Shown one piece after another: positions 19,549-28,885 of a stretch of 64,000 bases of DNA. The position numbers were made by a program, and so were the translations under genes. Every line of letters begins with the position of its first letter. The first letter of the stretch is position 1. This stretch comes from Thermoproteota archaeon. GTDB lineage: Archaea; Thermoproteota; Methanomethylicia; Methanomethylicales; Methanomethylicaceae. The stretch lies in the NCBI GenBank assembly GCA_029887765.1, contig JARXPF010000001.1, forward strand, positions 64,488 to 128,487, read 5' to 3'. The notes beneath the pieces are model-generated. The model ran no database searches. It was not told the DNA's origin and saw nothing but the letters and a program-made list of their open reading frames with translations.

Positions 19549-20853
19549 TCACCTCAAGGATTTTTCTAGTAATTGAACAATATCACCAATTTCTAAGCCA
19601 AACTTTCCAGCTTCTTCTGCTCTTTTTAAATTTAGAACACAGAATGGACATGCTGAAGAAACATATGAGGCACCTACTACTTTTGCTTCTTTTAATCTTT
19701 CTGTAGCAGCAAATCTTGCCAATTCAGGATAACCAGACATAACTCCAGCTCCTGCTCCACAACACCATGCATGATGAGCTGTTCTTTCAAATTCTACAAA
19801 TTTAATTCCAGGAATATTTGCCAATACTTCTCTTGGTTCATCAAATATACCTATATGTCTTCCAATATGACATGGATCATGATATGTAACTACTTTATCA
19901 GTTGGAACAGATTTTGGTTTTATTTTTCCACTATTAATGTATTCACAGAGCAATTGAGAAGCATGAAGAACTTCAAAGGATGGTTTTGAAAGCCCTAATT
20001 TCTTATATCCTTCATATAATTGTCTAAAACATCCTGCACAAGCAGTTACAACACGAGATATGCCTAAATCTTCCATTACAGCTATATTATGTTCAAGTGT
20101 TTCTTTAGCTTCTTCCCAAAGTCCAATCATATAAAGTGGAGATCCACAACACCATTCATCTCCATACAATACAGTAAAATCTGCATTTGCAGCTTCTAAA
20201 AGATTTACAGTAGATTCGCAGACTTCTGGTGTTCTAAATGGACCTGTACAACCTGCAAAGTAAACTATATCAGCCTTCTTCTTTTCTACTTTTTTCTTTA
20301 ACCATGCAAATCTATTTTCATTAGGCTCTCCATATGGATTATGATATTGTTTTATAAAATTAGCAAATCTTTTATGAGCAGGAAGTGGGGCCATTCCAAG
20401 TTTTACTAAAGTTCTTCTTAAAGCCATTACTGATACTACAGGATCACTTCCAATACCCATGCTACATTGTAATGTACAATTTCCACATAAATTACAGAAA
20501 TATGCAATTTCTACTAATGCAGGAGAAGGTTCTATAAAACCTTGTAGAAGTCCTAATACAGACATGTGTTTTCCTTGACCTCTAAATGAAGCTTCTCTAT
20601 AATGGCTAGGAAATGTTGCTGTTGGACAATTCATCGCCCAAGTTGCCATGGCAGATAATTCACATTGACCACAAGCCCAACATCTTACTGCTTCGAATTT
20701 GGCTGCAGCTAAATCAGGATATTCTTCTTCCTTTGGGAATTTTATATTCACCCATTCTCTTGGAGTTTTATCTAAACTTGCATGTGTTATAAATGGCACA
20801 AATTCTATATTTTTATGATATACGAATGGGATTTTTCTTTCTATTTCAGCCAT
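19549..20853 (-). CDS. HdrD/GlcF-like Fe-S oxidoreductase with two CCG domains
   Basis: CWACGQC..CP and CNLCGNCTLQC dicluster; EWCCGSP, ACAGC, YHDPCH, WCCGAGAG, ACPFC. Confidence 0.9.
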   Translation of the reverse strand: MAEIERKIPFVYHKNIEFVPFITHASLDKTPREWVNIKFPKEEEYPDLAAAKFEAVRCWACGQCELSAMATWAMNCPTATFPSHYREASFRGQGKHMSVLGLLQGFIEPSPALVEIAYFCNLCGNCTLQCSMGIGSDPVVSVMALRRTLVKLGMAPLPAHKRFANFIKQYHNPYGEPNENRFAWLKKKVEKKKADIVYFAGCTGPFRTPEVCESTVNLLEAANADFTVLYGDEWCCGSPLYMIGLWEEAKETLEHNIAVMEDLGISRVVTACAGCFRQLYEGYKKLGLSKPSFEVLHASQLLCEYINSGKIKPKSVPTDKVVTYHDPCHIGRHIGIFDEPREVLANIPGIKFVEFERTAHHAWCCGAGAGVMSGYPELARFAATERLKEAKVVGASYVSSACPFCVLNLKRAEEAGKFGLEIGDIVQLLEKSLR

Positions 20854-20862
20854 ATCTCTCAC

Positions 20863-22440
20863 CTATTCATATTCAAAAGGTATATTAAATCCTAACCATG
20901 GAGCCATTATATTATTTGGATCGAGCGCTTTCTTTATTCTACGATAAAGTTCATAAAATCCAGGATCCATATGTTGAGAAACTATTTTTGCCCCTAATCC
21001 AAAGCATCTAGCTGGAACAAAACCGCCTTCTCTAATTACTTTAGGAATAACTTCACCAAAGAATCCAGCATATCTTCGAACTCCTTCATCATCGCCACGT
21101 TCTATTGGTACCATATATCTTACATGTGAGACTCTTCCTTCATTTATTGGAATGACATGTAAAGCTGGTATAAGACCATATTTTCTTCCAGTATTCCAAG
21201 TAATTTCATGAAGTTTTGGTAAAGCAGCATTTCCTACACTACCATAAAAGCTCCATATATGTCCTGGAGTCCAACCACAATATCTTATGCGTTGATTGCC
21301 TGGTTCTCCTTCACCTATTCCTCCATACATTTTAATAGTTGCTTCAATTTCACCAAATTTTACTCCAGGACAATTTTCTGGTGTAAGTTCTACAACTTCT
21401 GGATTAGAAGATAAGTATTTTTCCCATTCTTTTTCACAAATCTTTGCTTCATCTTCAGAAAGATAATGAGGAGTACATGCAAGCATATAGAAGTATTGAG
21501 TACCATTTCCTGGAAATCCATAATATTCTCGCATTTTTACGATATCTTCATCTGTTATTTGATATAATTTCTTATTATAATCAAATCCCCAATATGGAGC
21601 TATATTAGTTCCATGGAGAACTAATAATAACCAATGTCCCCCTGAAGAGTTTGGAGCAAGTTTTTTATACATAATTTTTGGTAAGTGTTTTGCTAATTCT
21701 TCAATTTTATTAACACCAAGTAATTTTACAGTTAAGGCTTTTGGTTTTGGCCATAATTTTATTGCTGCTTTTGTTACAATTCCAAGAGTTCCTAATGCAC
21801 CTACAAATATTCTTGATAATTGTGGACCAAAACCTAAATCAAAAGTATATTTACATGAGGCTGTTTGTAATGCCCATGATCCTGTATGAACAATTTCACC
21901 AGTAGGAAGAACAACTTCCATAGCCATTAATGCTTCTTGATTTCCATCACTTATGGAAGTCATATTCATTCCTATGCCTTTGAATAAGAAATTAGCTACA
22001 ATAGAAGTACCTGGAGGGGCTGTTGTTGTTGGTACTGTTAAATCTATATTCCTAGATCTTAAATATCTGTAAAATTGACCAAAAGTAACTCCTGCATCTA
22101 TAACAGCATAACCTTCATCAACATTTACTTCATGTATCCTATTCATTCTTACAGTTTGTATTAATATTCCTGTATAACAAGGTAATTTATAACTATAAGC
22201 ACTTGCAACATGAATTGGTATTTTATATCTATTTGCCATTAATACAATATCTTGAACTTCGAGCTCATTAGCCGGTCTTACAATATATTTGGGCATTTTT
22301 GGAGGTTTTCCTGGAAATATTTGAAGCCATGCATCATATACTTCAGCGAAAATCCTTGCAGGATCTGATATAACATTTGCCGGACCTACTATAGCTTCTA
22401 ATTCCTTTAGAATTTCATCGGTAATTTTCGGCACCTCCAA
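20863..22440 (-). CDS. FAD-binding oxidoreductase, GlcD/D-lactate dehydrogenase family
   Basis: YIVRP, RMNRIHEV...IDAGVT, MEVVLPTGEIV, GTLGIVTK, KKALDPNNIMAP. Confidence 0.85.
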   Translation of the reverse strand: MEVPKITDEILKELEAIVGPANVISDPARIFAEVYDAWLQIFPGKPPKMPKYIVRPANELEVQDIVLMANRYKIPIHVASAYSYKLPCYTGILIQTVRMNRIHEVNVDEGYAVIDAGVTFGQFYRYLRSRNIDLTVPTTTAPPGTSIVANFLFKGIGMNMTSISDGNQEALMAMEVVLPTGEIVHTGSWALQTASCKYTFDLGFGPQLSRIFVGALGTLGIVTKAAIKLWPKPKALTVKLLGVNKIEELAKHLPKIMYKKLAPNSSGGHWLLLVLHGTNIAPYWGFDYNKKLYQITDEDIVKMREYYGFPGNGTQYFYMLACTPHYLSEDEAKICEKEWEKYLSSNPEVVELTPENCPGVKFGEIEATIKMYGGIGEGEPGNQRIRYCGWTPGHIWSFYGSVGNAALPKLHEITWNTGRKYGLIPALHVIPINEGRVSHVRYMVPIERGDDEGVRRYAGFFGEVIPKVIREGGFVPARCFGLGAKIVSQHMDPGFYELYRRIKKALDPNNIMAPWLGFNIPFEYE

Positions 22441-22548
22441 AATATAATTATTTCATCATCAATATTTAAAAGCTTCTATAATCTCTCATTAAATTTTAAA
22501 AGAAAATTATAAATTTAAAAATACTTATTAAGAATCTTTATAATTCAG

Positions 22549-23442
22549 GTGAAAAAATTGAAGGAACAATTAATATACATAAATGGAGAGCTTGTACCAA
22601 AATCTGAGGCAAAAATATCAGTATTTGATCATGGATTCTTATATGGTGATGGGGTATTTGAAGGAATAAGAGCCTACAATGGCTATGTATTTAAATTATA
22701 TGAACATTTAGATAGACTTTATGCATCAGCACATACAATAATGCTTCCCATTCCTTTAACTAAAAAAGAAATGGCAGAAGCTGTAATAAATACTTTAAGA
22801 GTCAATTCTTTAAGAGATGCTTATGTGAGATTAGTCGTAACAAGAGGAGAAGGAGATTTAGGACTTGATCCTAGAAAATGTAAAAAACCAAATATCATAA
22901 TAATAGCAGGAGAATTAACAGTCCTTCCAAAAGAAGTTTATGAAAGAGGTGTTAGAGCAATGATATGCTGGGTGAGAAGAGATAGAATAGATGCCACTTC
23001 ACATGAAGTAAAATCCTTGAATTATTTAAATAGCATACTTGCAAAAATTGAGGCAAATATTGCAAATTTTGATGAAGCAATTATGTTAAGTTCAGATGGT
23101 TATGTATGTGAAGGTACTGCTGAAAACATATTTCTAGTAAAGAATAATGAATTATATACACCTCCTACATATACTGGAGCTCTTCCTGGAATAACAAGAC
23201 AAGTTGTAATAGAAATTGCTAAGAATAATAATATAAATGTAAAAGAAAAGTTGTTGACTGTACATGAACTTTTTAATGCTGATGAATTATTTTTCACTGG
23301 TACAGGTGTTGAAATTATACCAGTAGTAGAAGTTAGTGGAAGAAAAATAGGAAATGGAAAACCTGGAGAAATTACAAGTTTTATAATTGAAGAATTCAAA
23401 AAGTATACATGTGATCCAAAGAATGGAGTCCCTATTTATTAA
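22549..23442 (+). CDS. ilvE: Branched-chain amino acid aminotransferase
   Basis: DHGFLYGDGVFEGIR, KSLNYL, EGTAENIF, LPGITR. Confidence 0.95.
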   Translation: MKKLKEQLIYINGELVPKSEAKISVFDHGFLYGDGVFEGIRAYNGYVFKLYEHLDRLYASAHTIMLPIPLTKKEMAEAVINTLRVNSLRDAYVRLVVTRGEGDLGLDPRKCKKPNIIIIAGELTVLPKEVYERGVRAMICWVRRDRIDATSHEVKSLNYLNSILAKIEANIANFDEAIMLSSDGYVCEGTAENIFLVKNNELYTPPTYTGALPGITRQVVIEIAKNNNINVKEKLLTVHELFNADELFFTGTGVEIIPVVEVSGRKIGNGKPGEITSFIIEEFKKYTCDPKNGVPIY

Positions 23443-23984
23443 GCCTTCCACCAATCAAACATATAGTATAGTACCTTTTTTTGAATTTCATCTAATGTAG
23501 CTATAACGAATTTCTTTCTAACAGTATGAGATAAACGACCTGCTCTTACAATTTCAATTGGATCTATTTCAACTGAATTTGGAATTACATGAACTATAAA
23601 AGGAGCATGATCAATTCCAGGCCCATATTTATATACAGCAAAATCTGCTCCAAATTTTAGAGCAGGTCTAACTACATAACCTCTTTCTCTAAGATCTCTA
23701 TATACAGAATATAATTCTTCAAATAAACGATATGACTTCTTAGATAATTCAAATAATTCTTCTTTTGTAAGGATTTTATCATTTGACTTAACTATAATTT
23801 TCCCTTTTTCTAAAAGATAATTAGCTTCTAATAATGAAAGTTCAAGATAAGTATTAATCTCAGATGGATCTTTTGGCTTACTTATATTTACTGGTTTTCC
23901 ATAGAAACCAGAGCCATATAACTTTTTAGCATCTTCTTTTGACCATACAATTACTCTTGAGCCATATAGGTATGCTTCTATCAT
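23439..23984 (-). CDS. endA: tRNA-intron endonuclease, catalytic subunit
   Basis: VYRDLRERGY, KFGADFAVY, GPGIDHAPF, RLSHTVRKK (Tyr/His/Lys triad); GKPVNISKPK crenarchaeal-type loop. Confidence 0.93.
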   Translation of the reverse strand: MIEAYLYGSRVIVWSKEDAKKLYGSGFYGKPVNISKPKDPSEINTYLELSLLEANYLLEKGKIIVKSNDKILTKEELFELSKKSYRLFEELYSVYRDLRERGYVVRPALKFGADFAVYKYGPGIDHAPFIVHVIPNSVEIDPIEIVRAGRLSHTVRKKFVIATLDEIQKKVLYYMFDWWKA

Positions 23985-24050
23985 AATATTCCCTAAAAAT
24001 TTAAAAAAGAATTATTCTTAAAAATATTCCCAATAAAGAGGACTTAGAAA

Positions 24051-25073
24051 ATGAAGATAAGTGCTACTAATATAATGCTCATTACTGGTATCATAATATT
24101 TGTAATATATTTACAAACTATAGGAATAGAAAGTCTAATTACTGAAATAATGAGTATTAATTTATTTATATTAATAATAGCAATATTGATAGATATAGTG
24201 TGTATTGGTTTATTTACACTTGGTTGGTGTGTTTTTTTAAAAAATCCAGGTATTGAATTTAAAAAATGTTTTGAAATTGTTTTAATAAGTATATTTGGAG
24301 ATCTCATGATACCTACTGCATCGATTTCTGGTGAGTTTTTAAGAGTAAATCTAACAGCTAAAAAAGGTAAAATTTCAATTAGTGAAGCATTGTCAAGTGT
24401 AATAATTCATAGAATAATTTTAGCTTTAACATTTGGTTTTTTGTTATTAATTAGTGGCTTATTATTGATTAGCCAAAGCATTAATATTATAGGAGGATAT
24501 ACAATCTTAAGTATAGCAATTATAGACATCACAGTTATACTCATACTAACGTATGCTGTAATGAAATTATGTAAATTTAGAAAATATATTGAAGCATTTG
24601 GATTAAAAATTGGAAAATTATTGAAAAAAATTAGAAGAAATTATAACCCAAATGATTTAAAAGTTAAAATTTCAAATAATTTTGAAAAATTTGAATTATG
24701 CATTAGAAGTATTAAGCTTAATACTTTCATAATTTCTTTTATAGTATTAACTCTAAGATGGTTTTTAATTGCTCTAATACCATATGTGATGTTCATATCC
24801 CTAGGTTACGATGTATCTTATTGGATTGTAGTTTCTGTTTCTACTTTAGTAAGCATGGTACAAATGATACCAATTGGAATTCCAGGAATGATAGGAGTTA
24901 TGGAGGTATCAATAACTGCCTTTTTTATTAGCTTTGGAATCCCTTCTTCAATAGCAGCTTCAGTAACAATATTAATGCGTATTGTTACTTTTTGGTTTGA
25001 ACTTTTCATAGGAGCTATAGCTACATCTATTCAAGGAATAAGAGGAATAAGAGAATTAAGCAATTCTGTGTAA
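24051..25073 (+). CDS. Flippase-like / lysylphosphatidylglycerol synthase TM domain protein (UPF0104)
   Basis: PTASISGEFLR, PIGIPGMIGVME, MRIVTFW; polytopic membrane protein. Confidence 0.85.
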   Translation: MKISATNIMLITGIIIFVIYLQTIGIESLITEIMSINLFILIIAILIDIVCIGLFTLGWCVFLKNPGIEFKKCFEIVLISIFGDLMIPTASISGEFLRVNLTAKKGKISISEALSSVIIHRIILALTFGFLLLISGLLLISQSINIIGGYTILSIAIIDITVILILTYAVMKLCKFRKYIEAFGLKIGKLLKKIRRNYNPNDLKVKISNNFEKFELCIRSIKLNTFIISFIVLTLRWFLIALIPYVMFISLGYDVSYWIVVSVSTLVSMVQMIPIGIPGMIGVMEVSITAFFISFGIPSSIAASVTILMRIVTFWFELFIGAIATSIQGIRGIRELSNSV

Positions 25074-25733
25074 AGCAAGAACTCTTAAATCATCAGAAGC
25101 ATCTTCTATAAAGTCGCTTAGATTTTCTAATAGATTAAGTAAATCTCGATATAACATTAGTTTTCTAATATCCTCAACTTCAATAAATAATTTAAATTCA
25201 ATATCATGATATATTTCATCTATTTTTGATTCAATATTATGTACTATAGTCACAAGATCAAGTACACGTTTTGGATTAAATGGAAGGACCATTATTGCTT
25301 CTCTTAATCGATCGTATTCTTCCAAAATTTTAGTTAATATTGGTTCGAATAAATTAAGTGAAATAGTGGTAAATTTACTTTCAGAAATTCTTACTAATTG
25401 TCTTATAAAAGATTGTACTAGTTCAATTAATTCATCAGATACTGTTACGAATCTGAAAAAGTCTTCTCTATATAGAAATGCTGGAGCGCTTCTTGTAAGT
25501 TGTTCTATAAGTTCTCTCTTTATTCCATCTGCTTCTTCTTCAATTATACATATTTTATTATAATTTTCCTTTAATTCATTATATTTATAATTTGAGAAAT
25601 TTTCTACTCCATTAATCATAAGTTGTAATGCTTCACGAATTTTTCTAGAATGTTCTATAATTAAGTCAATGGATTTACGATATATCTCATTACTTATGAA
25701 AGTAATATCATTGGATATTGTCAAGTAATACAC
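25056..25733 (-). CDS. DUF47 / PhoU-like phosphate transport regulator
   Basis: IEEEADGIKR, FLYRED, IESKIDEIY, LENLSDFIEDASD. Confidence 0.85.
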   Translation of the reverse strand: MYYLTISNDITFISNEIYRKSIDLIIEHSRKIREALQLMINGVENFSNYKYNELKENYNKICIIEEEADGIKRELIEQLTRSAPAFLYREDFFRFVTVSDELIELVQSFIRQLVRISESKFTTISLNLFEPILTKILEEYDRLREAIMVLPFNPKRVLDLVTIVHNIESKIDEIYHDIEFKLFIEVEDIRKLMLYRDLLNLLENLSDFIEDASDDLRVLALHRIA

Positions 25734-25772
25734 CTAAAGTTAAAGATATGTAGGATTTTTATAAAGATTTTG

Positions 25773-26054
25773 TTATTTTATTAAGGCTCTAATGGTTGCA
25801 ATAGAATTATCTGCAAGACCTACCATTTTCATTTCATCAGGATTTGCCCAAACTTCATTTTCAGGAACTTCAGATGAAGGTATTGCATTAAGTTCAAGTT
25901 TTTTCTTTCCAGCAACTACAACTTCAATTTTATTAGATATTTGTAAATATTTATAAGTTTCAGAATTCATTTTACAAGTTCCTTTTTCAATTCCATCAAT
26001 TCTTCTTATTCTAAGTCTTTTTTCAGGAAGTTTCTTAGACATGTGGTTCACCAA
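25773..26054 (-). CDS. Small hypothetical protein, possible double-psi beta-barrel (CDC48-N-like)
   Basis: Two internally similar halves (CKMNSETYKYLQI / VWANPDEMKMVGL); sits in the glyS operon. Confidence 0.55.
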   Translation of the reverse strand: MVNHMSKKLPEKRLRIRRIDGIEKGTCKMNSETYKYLQISNKIEVVVAGKKKLELNAIPSSEVPENEVWANPDEMKMVGLADNSIATIRALIK

Positions 26055-26057
26055 AGT

Positions 26058-27761
26058 TTATTTACTAAAAAAGTTCTTTAAATACTCTATCAATTCACTT
26101 ATAGGAATTCTAATTTGTTCCCATGTATCTCTATCTCTAATAGTAATAGTATTATCTTCCATAGTTTTATAATCTATGGTAATTGCTAATGGTATTCCAA
26201 TTTCATCTGCTCTTGCATATCTTCTACCTATTGATCCATCATCATCAAAATCAGCAAGAATACCATTAGATCTAATAAGTTTATAAATTTCAATTGCTTT
26301 TTCTCTTAAGCCATCTTTATTAACAAGTGGAAATACAGCAACCTTTATAGGTGCAATATCTTTTGGAAGTGAAAGTATAATTCTACCTTCTTTTTCCTTA
26401 TATGCATACTCCATAGTTATATAAACAAGTCTTTCTGCTCCAAAAGATGGTTCAGCAACATGTGGTATGAAACGCTCTCCTGTAATAGTGTGAGTTTCAT
26501 ATTTGAAATTTACAAATTCAGGTTTTATTTCTATTCCATCTACTATAATTGGACCTTTTTCCAATGCTAATTTAAGTTCTTTTGGATTCATATTCTTAAT
26601 TTTTGAAATTATTGTACCAGTATTTTTACCTACTTCCTTAGCTATATTATCTATATTAGGAATGACTATGAGAATTTCTTCTTTTTTTGGAGAATCAAAT
26701 TTTCTAAATACTTTAAGATCATGACCACTATAAATTTGATGTCTAGATAAATCATAATCTGTTCTATAAGCATGTCCAGATACTTCAATCCATCCCCAAC
26801 GTTCTAACATTACAACTTGATCAAAAGTTTGTACAGAATAATGAGCTCTTTCATTAGGAAGTTTTTCAATAAACATTTGTTTATCATTCGGAATACCAAG
26901 TTCAGAAATAAACTTTTTAGAAATTGCCATAAAATAAGCTAACCATTCAGAACGAATTAATTTATTATTAATGGCCTCAATTACTGTAATTTCAATAGGT
27001 TTGTCTTCTCCAGCTAGTATTCTTTCTTCAGTTAATAGTTTTACTTTTTCATCACTTACTTCATTTATTAAATTGCACATTGGCTTTAAAGGATCAAAGA
27101 AAAACTCTATTTCCATTATAGTAAATTCTCTTAATCTTATAGGTCCTTGTCTAGGAGAGATTTCATTTCTTAAAACCTTTCCTATTTGAGCTAAACCTAT
27201 TGGTAAACGTTCTCGCATAATATTGTATATATGTTTAAAATTAACAAACATACCTTGTGCAGCTTCAGGTCTCATATATGCAATATTTTCAGTATAAGGC
27301 CCTATATTGGTTCTAAATAATAAATTAAACTTACTAACTTTTCCTAATTCACCATTACACTCTGGACATCTTATATTTCTCTCATGAATTATTTCTTCTA
27401 ATTCTTTCTCAGATTTTCCTTCAAGACTACCAATATCTTTTATTTGATCAGTTATTAAATGATCAGCTCTAAATTTTCTATGACAAGATAGACATTCTAC
27501 TATATAATCAGTAAAATGTTCTACATGACCTGAAGCTTCAAAAACTTTAGAAGGCATTACAATTGGAGTTTCAATTTCATAAATTAAACCATGATGTTTA
27601 TAAATAAAGAATTCTCGCCATTTATTTTCAATATTTCTTTTAAGTAGACTTCCCATTGGACCAAAGTCTAAAAATCCTGCAACACCACCATAAATTTCAC
27701 ATGAAGTATAAAAGAATCCTCTTCTTTTAGCAAGATCAATAACTTTATCAAACTTATCCAA
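26058..27761 (-). CDS. glyS: Glycine--tRNA ligase (archaeal/eukaryal type)
   Basis: ASGHVEHF, RPEAAQG, RNEISPRQG, REFTIME, EPSFGAER, SIGRRYARADEIG. Confidence 0.97.
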   Translation of the reverse strand: MDKFDKVIDLAKRRGFFYTSCEIYGGVAGFLDFGPMGSLLKRNIENKWREFFIYKHHGLIYEIETPIVMPSKVFEASGHVEHFTDYIVECLSCHRKFRADHLITDQIKDIGSLEGKSEKELEEIIHERNIRCPECNGELGKVSKFNLLFRTNIGPYTENIAYMRPEAAQGMFVNFKHIYNIMRERLPIGLAQIGKVLRNEISPRQGPIRLREFTIMEIEFFFDPLKPMCNLINEVSDEKVKLLTEERILAGEDKPIEITVIEAINNKLIRSEWLAYFMAISKKFISELGIPNDKQMFIEKLPNERAHYSVQTFDQVVMLERWGWIEVSGHAYRTDYDLSRHQIYSGHDLKVFRKFDSPKKEEILIVIPNIDNIAKEVGKNTGTIISKIKNMNPKELKLALEKGPIIVDGIEIKPEFVNFKYETHTITGERFIPHVAEPSFGAERLVYITMEYAYKEKEGRIILSLPKDIAPIKVAVFPLVNKDGLREKAIEIYKLIRSNGILADFDDDGSIGRRYARADEIGIPLAITIDYKTMEDNTITIRDRDTWEQIRIPISELIEYLKNFFSK

Positions 27762-27813
27762 GTCTAATCCCTCGGTAGATTCAAGTATTTCAAATTATTT
27801 ATATTTCTTTATA

Positions 27814-28707
27814 GTGAGTATTATGAATAACTTCTATATTAATAATCAGAATAAATACTTTGGAGGTTTTAATAGAAGTTTTTCAGAGGCAAAATTTATA
27901 ATTTTTGGAGTGCCCTTTGATAGTACAACAAGTTATAGACCAGGTTCAAGATTTGGACCTACTGCAATAAGAGAAGCTTCAGCAAATATAGAAACTTGGT
28001 CATGGAGGACAGAGATAGATTTTGAGGATGTAAAAATTCATGATCTTGGTGATGTTTCAATAGTTCATGGAGATTGTATTGAAACATTAAAAAGAGTTAA
28101 AGAAGTAATAGAAGAAATTTATTCATATAAAAAAATTCCGATAATGATTGGAGGAGAACATACAATAACTTTAGGAGCAATAAGAGGTCTTAAAGACATA
28201 GCTATAATTTCATTTGATGCACATTTTGATATGAGAAATGAATATTTATCAAATAAATTTTCTCATGCATGTGTAATGAGAAGAATTGTAGAAGAAATAG
28301 GTAGAGAAAAAATTATGATTGTAGGAGTGAGAGCAACTTATAAAGAAGAAATAGATTATGTAAGAAAGAATAAAATCTCTTATATTACATCAAATAAAAT
28401 AAATAATTCGAAAATTAATGAAATAATCAATGAAATTAAAGATTTTTTAAATAATTTTGAAAAAGTGTATATTTCAATTGACATGGATGTTTTAGATCCA
28501 TCTTATGCACCAGGAGTGGGCAATCCTGAACCTGAAGGAATATCAACTTCAATTTTATTAGATATTCTTAATAAAATATCCAATAAAAAGATTATAGGAT
28601 TCGATTTAGTTGAAGTTTCTCCACCTTATGATAATGGTATAACTTCAATAACAGCTTCAAAAATAATATATGAACTATGTTGCTCAATTACTTCTAATAT
28701 TACTTAG
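27814..28707 (+). CDS. speB: Agmatinase
   Basis: GVPFDST.SYRPGSRFGP, GGEHTIT, DAHFD, SIDMDVLDP..APG. Confidence 0.93.
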   Translation: MSIMNNFYINNQNKYFGGFNRSFSEAKFIIFGVPFDSTTSYRPGSRFGPTAIREASANIETWSWRTEIDFEDVKIHDLGDVSIVHGDCIETLKRVKEVIEEIYSYKKIPIMIGGEHTITLGAIRGLKDIAIISFDAHFDMRNEYLSNKFSHACVMRRIVEEIGREKIMIVGVRATYKEEIDYVRKNKISYITSNKINNSKINEIINEIKDFLNNFEKVYISIDMDVLDPSYAPGVGNPEPEGISTSILLDILNKISNKKIIGFDLVEVSPPYDNGITSITASKIIYELCCSITSNIT

Positions 28708-28846
28708 CTTTGACTTCTTTTACTATAGACGGTCTAACTTTATAAAGTATTTTATAACCACAAAATGGACATCTTACACCTGGTAGAGCAAATAGTTCAT
28801 TCATATCAACAATTTTTCTACATTTACTACACATGTAGTGAGGCAT
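28700..28846 (-). CDS. rpoP: DNA-directed RNA polymerase subunit P (Rpo12; absent from ORF track)
   Basis: Hand translation MPHYMCSKCRKIVDMNELFALPGVRCPFCGYKILYKVRPSIVKEVKAK (CxxC...RCPxCGxKILxKxR). Confidence 0.92.
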   Translation of the reverse strand: MPHYMCSKCRKIVDMNELFALPGVRCPFCGYKILYKVRPSIVKEVKAK

Positions 28847-28885
28847 AAAGTTTTTAAAAAAAATCTTATTTAAATATTTTTTGAA

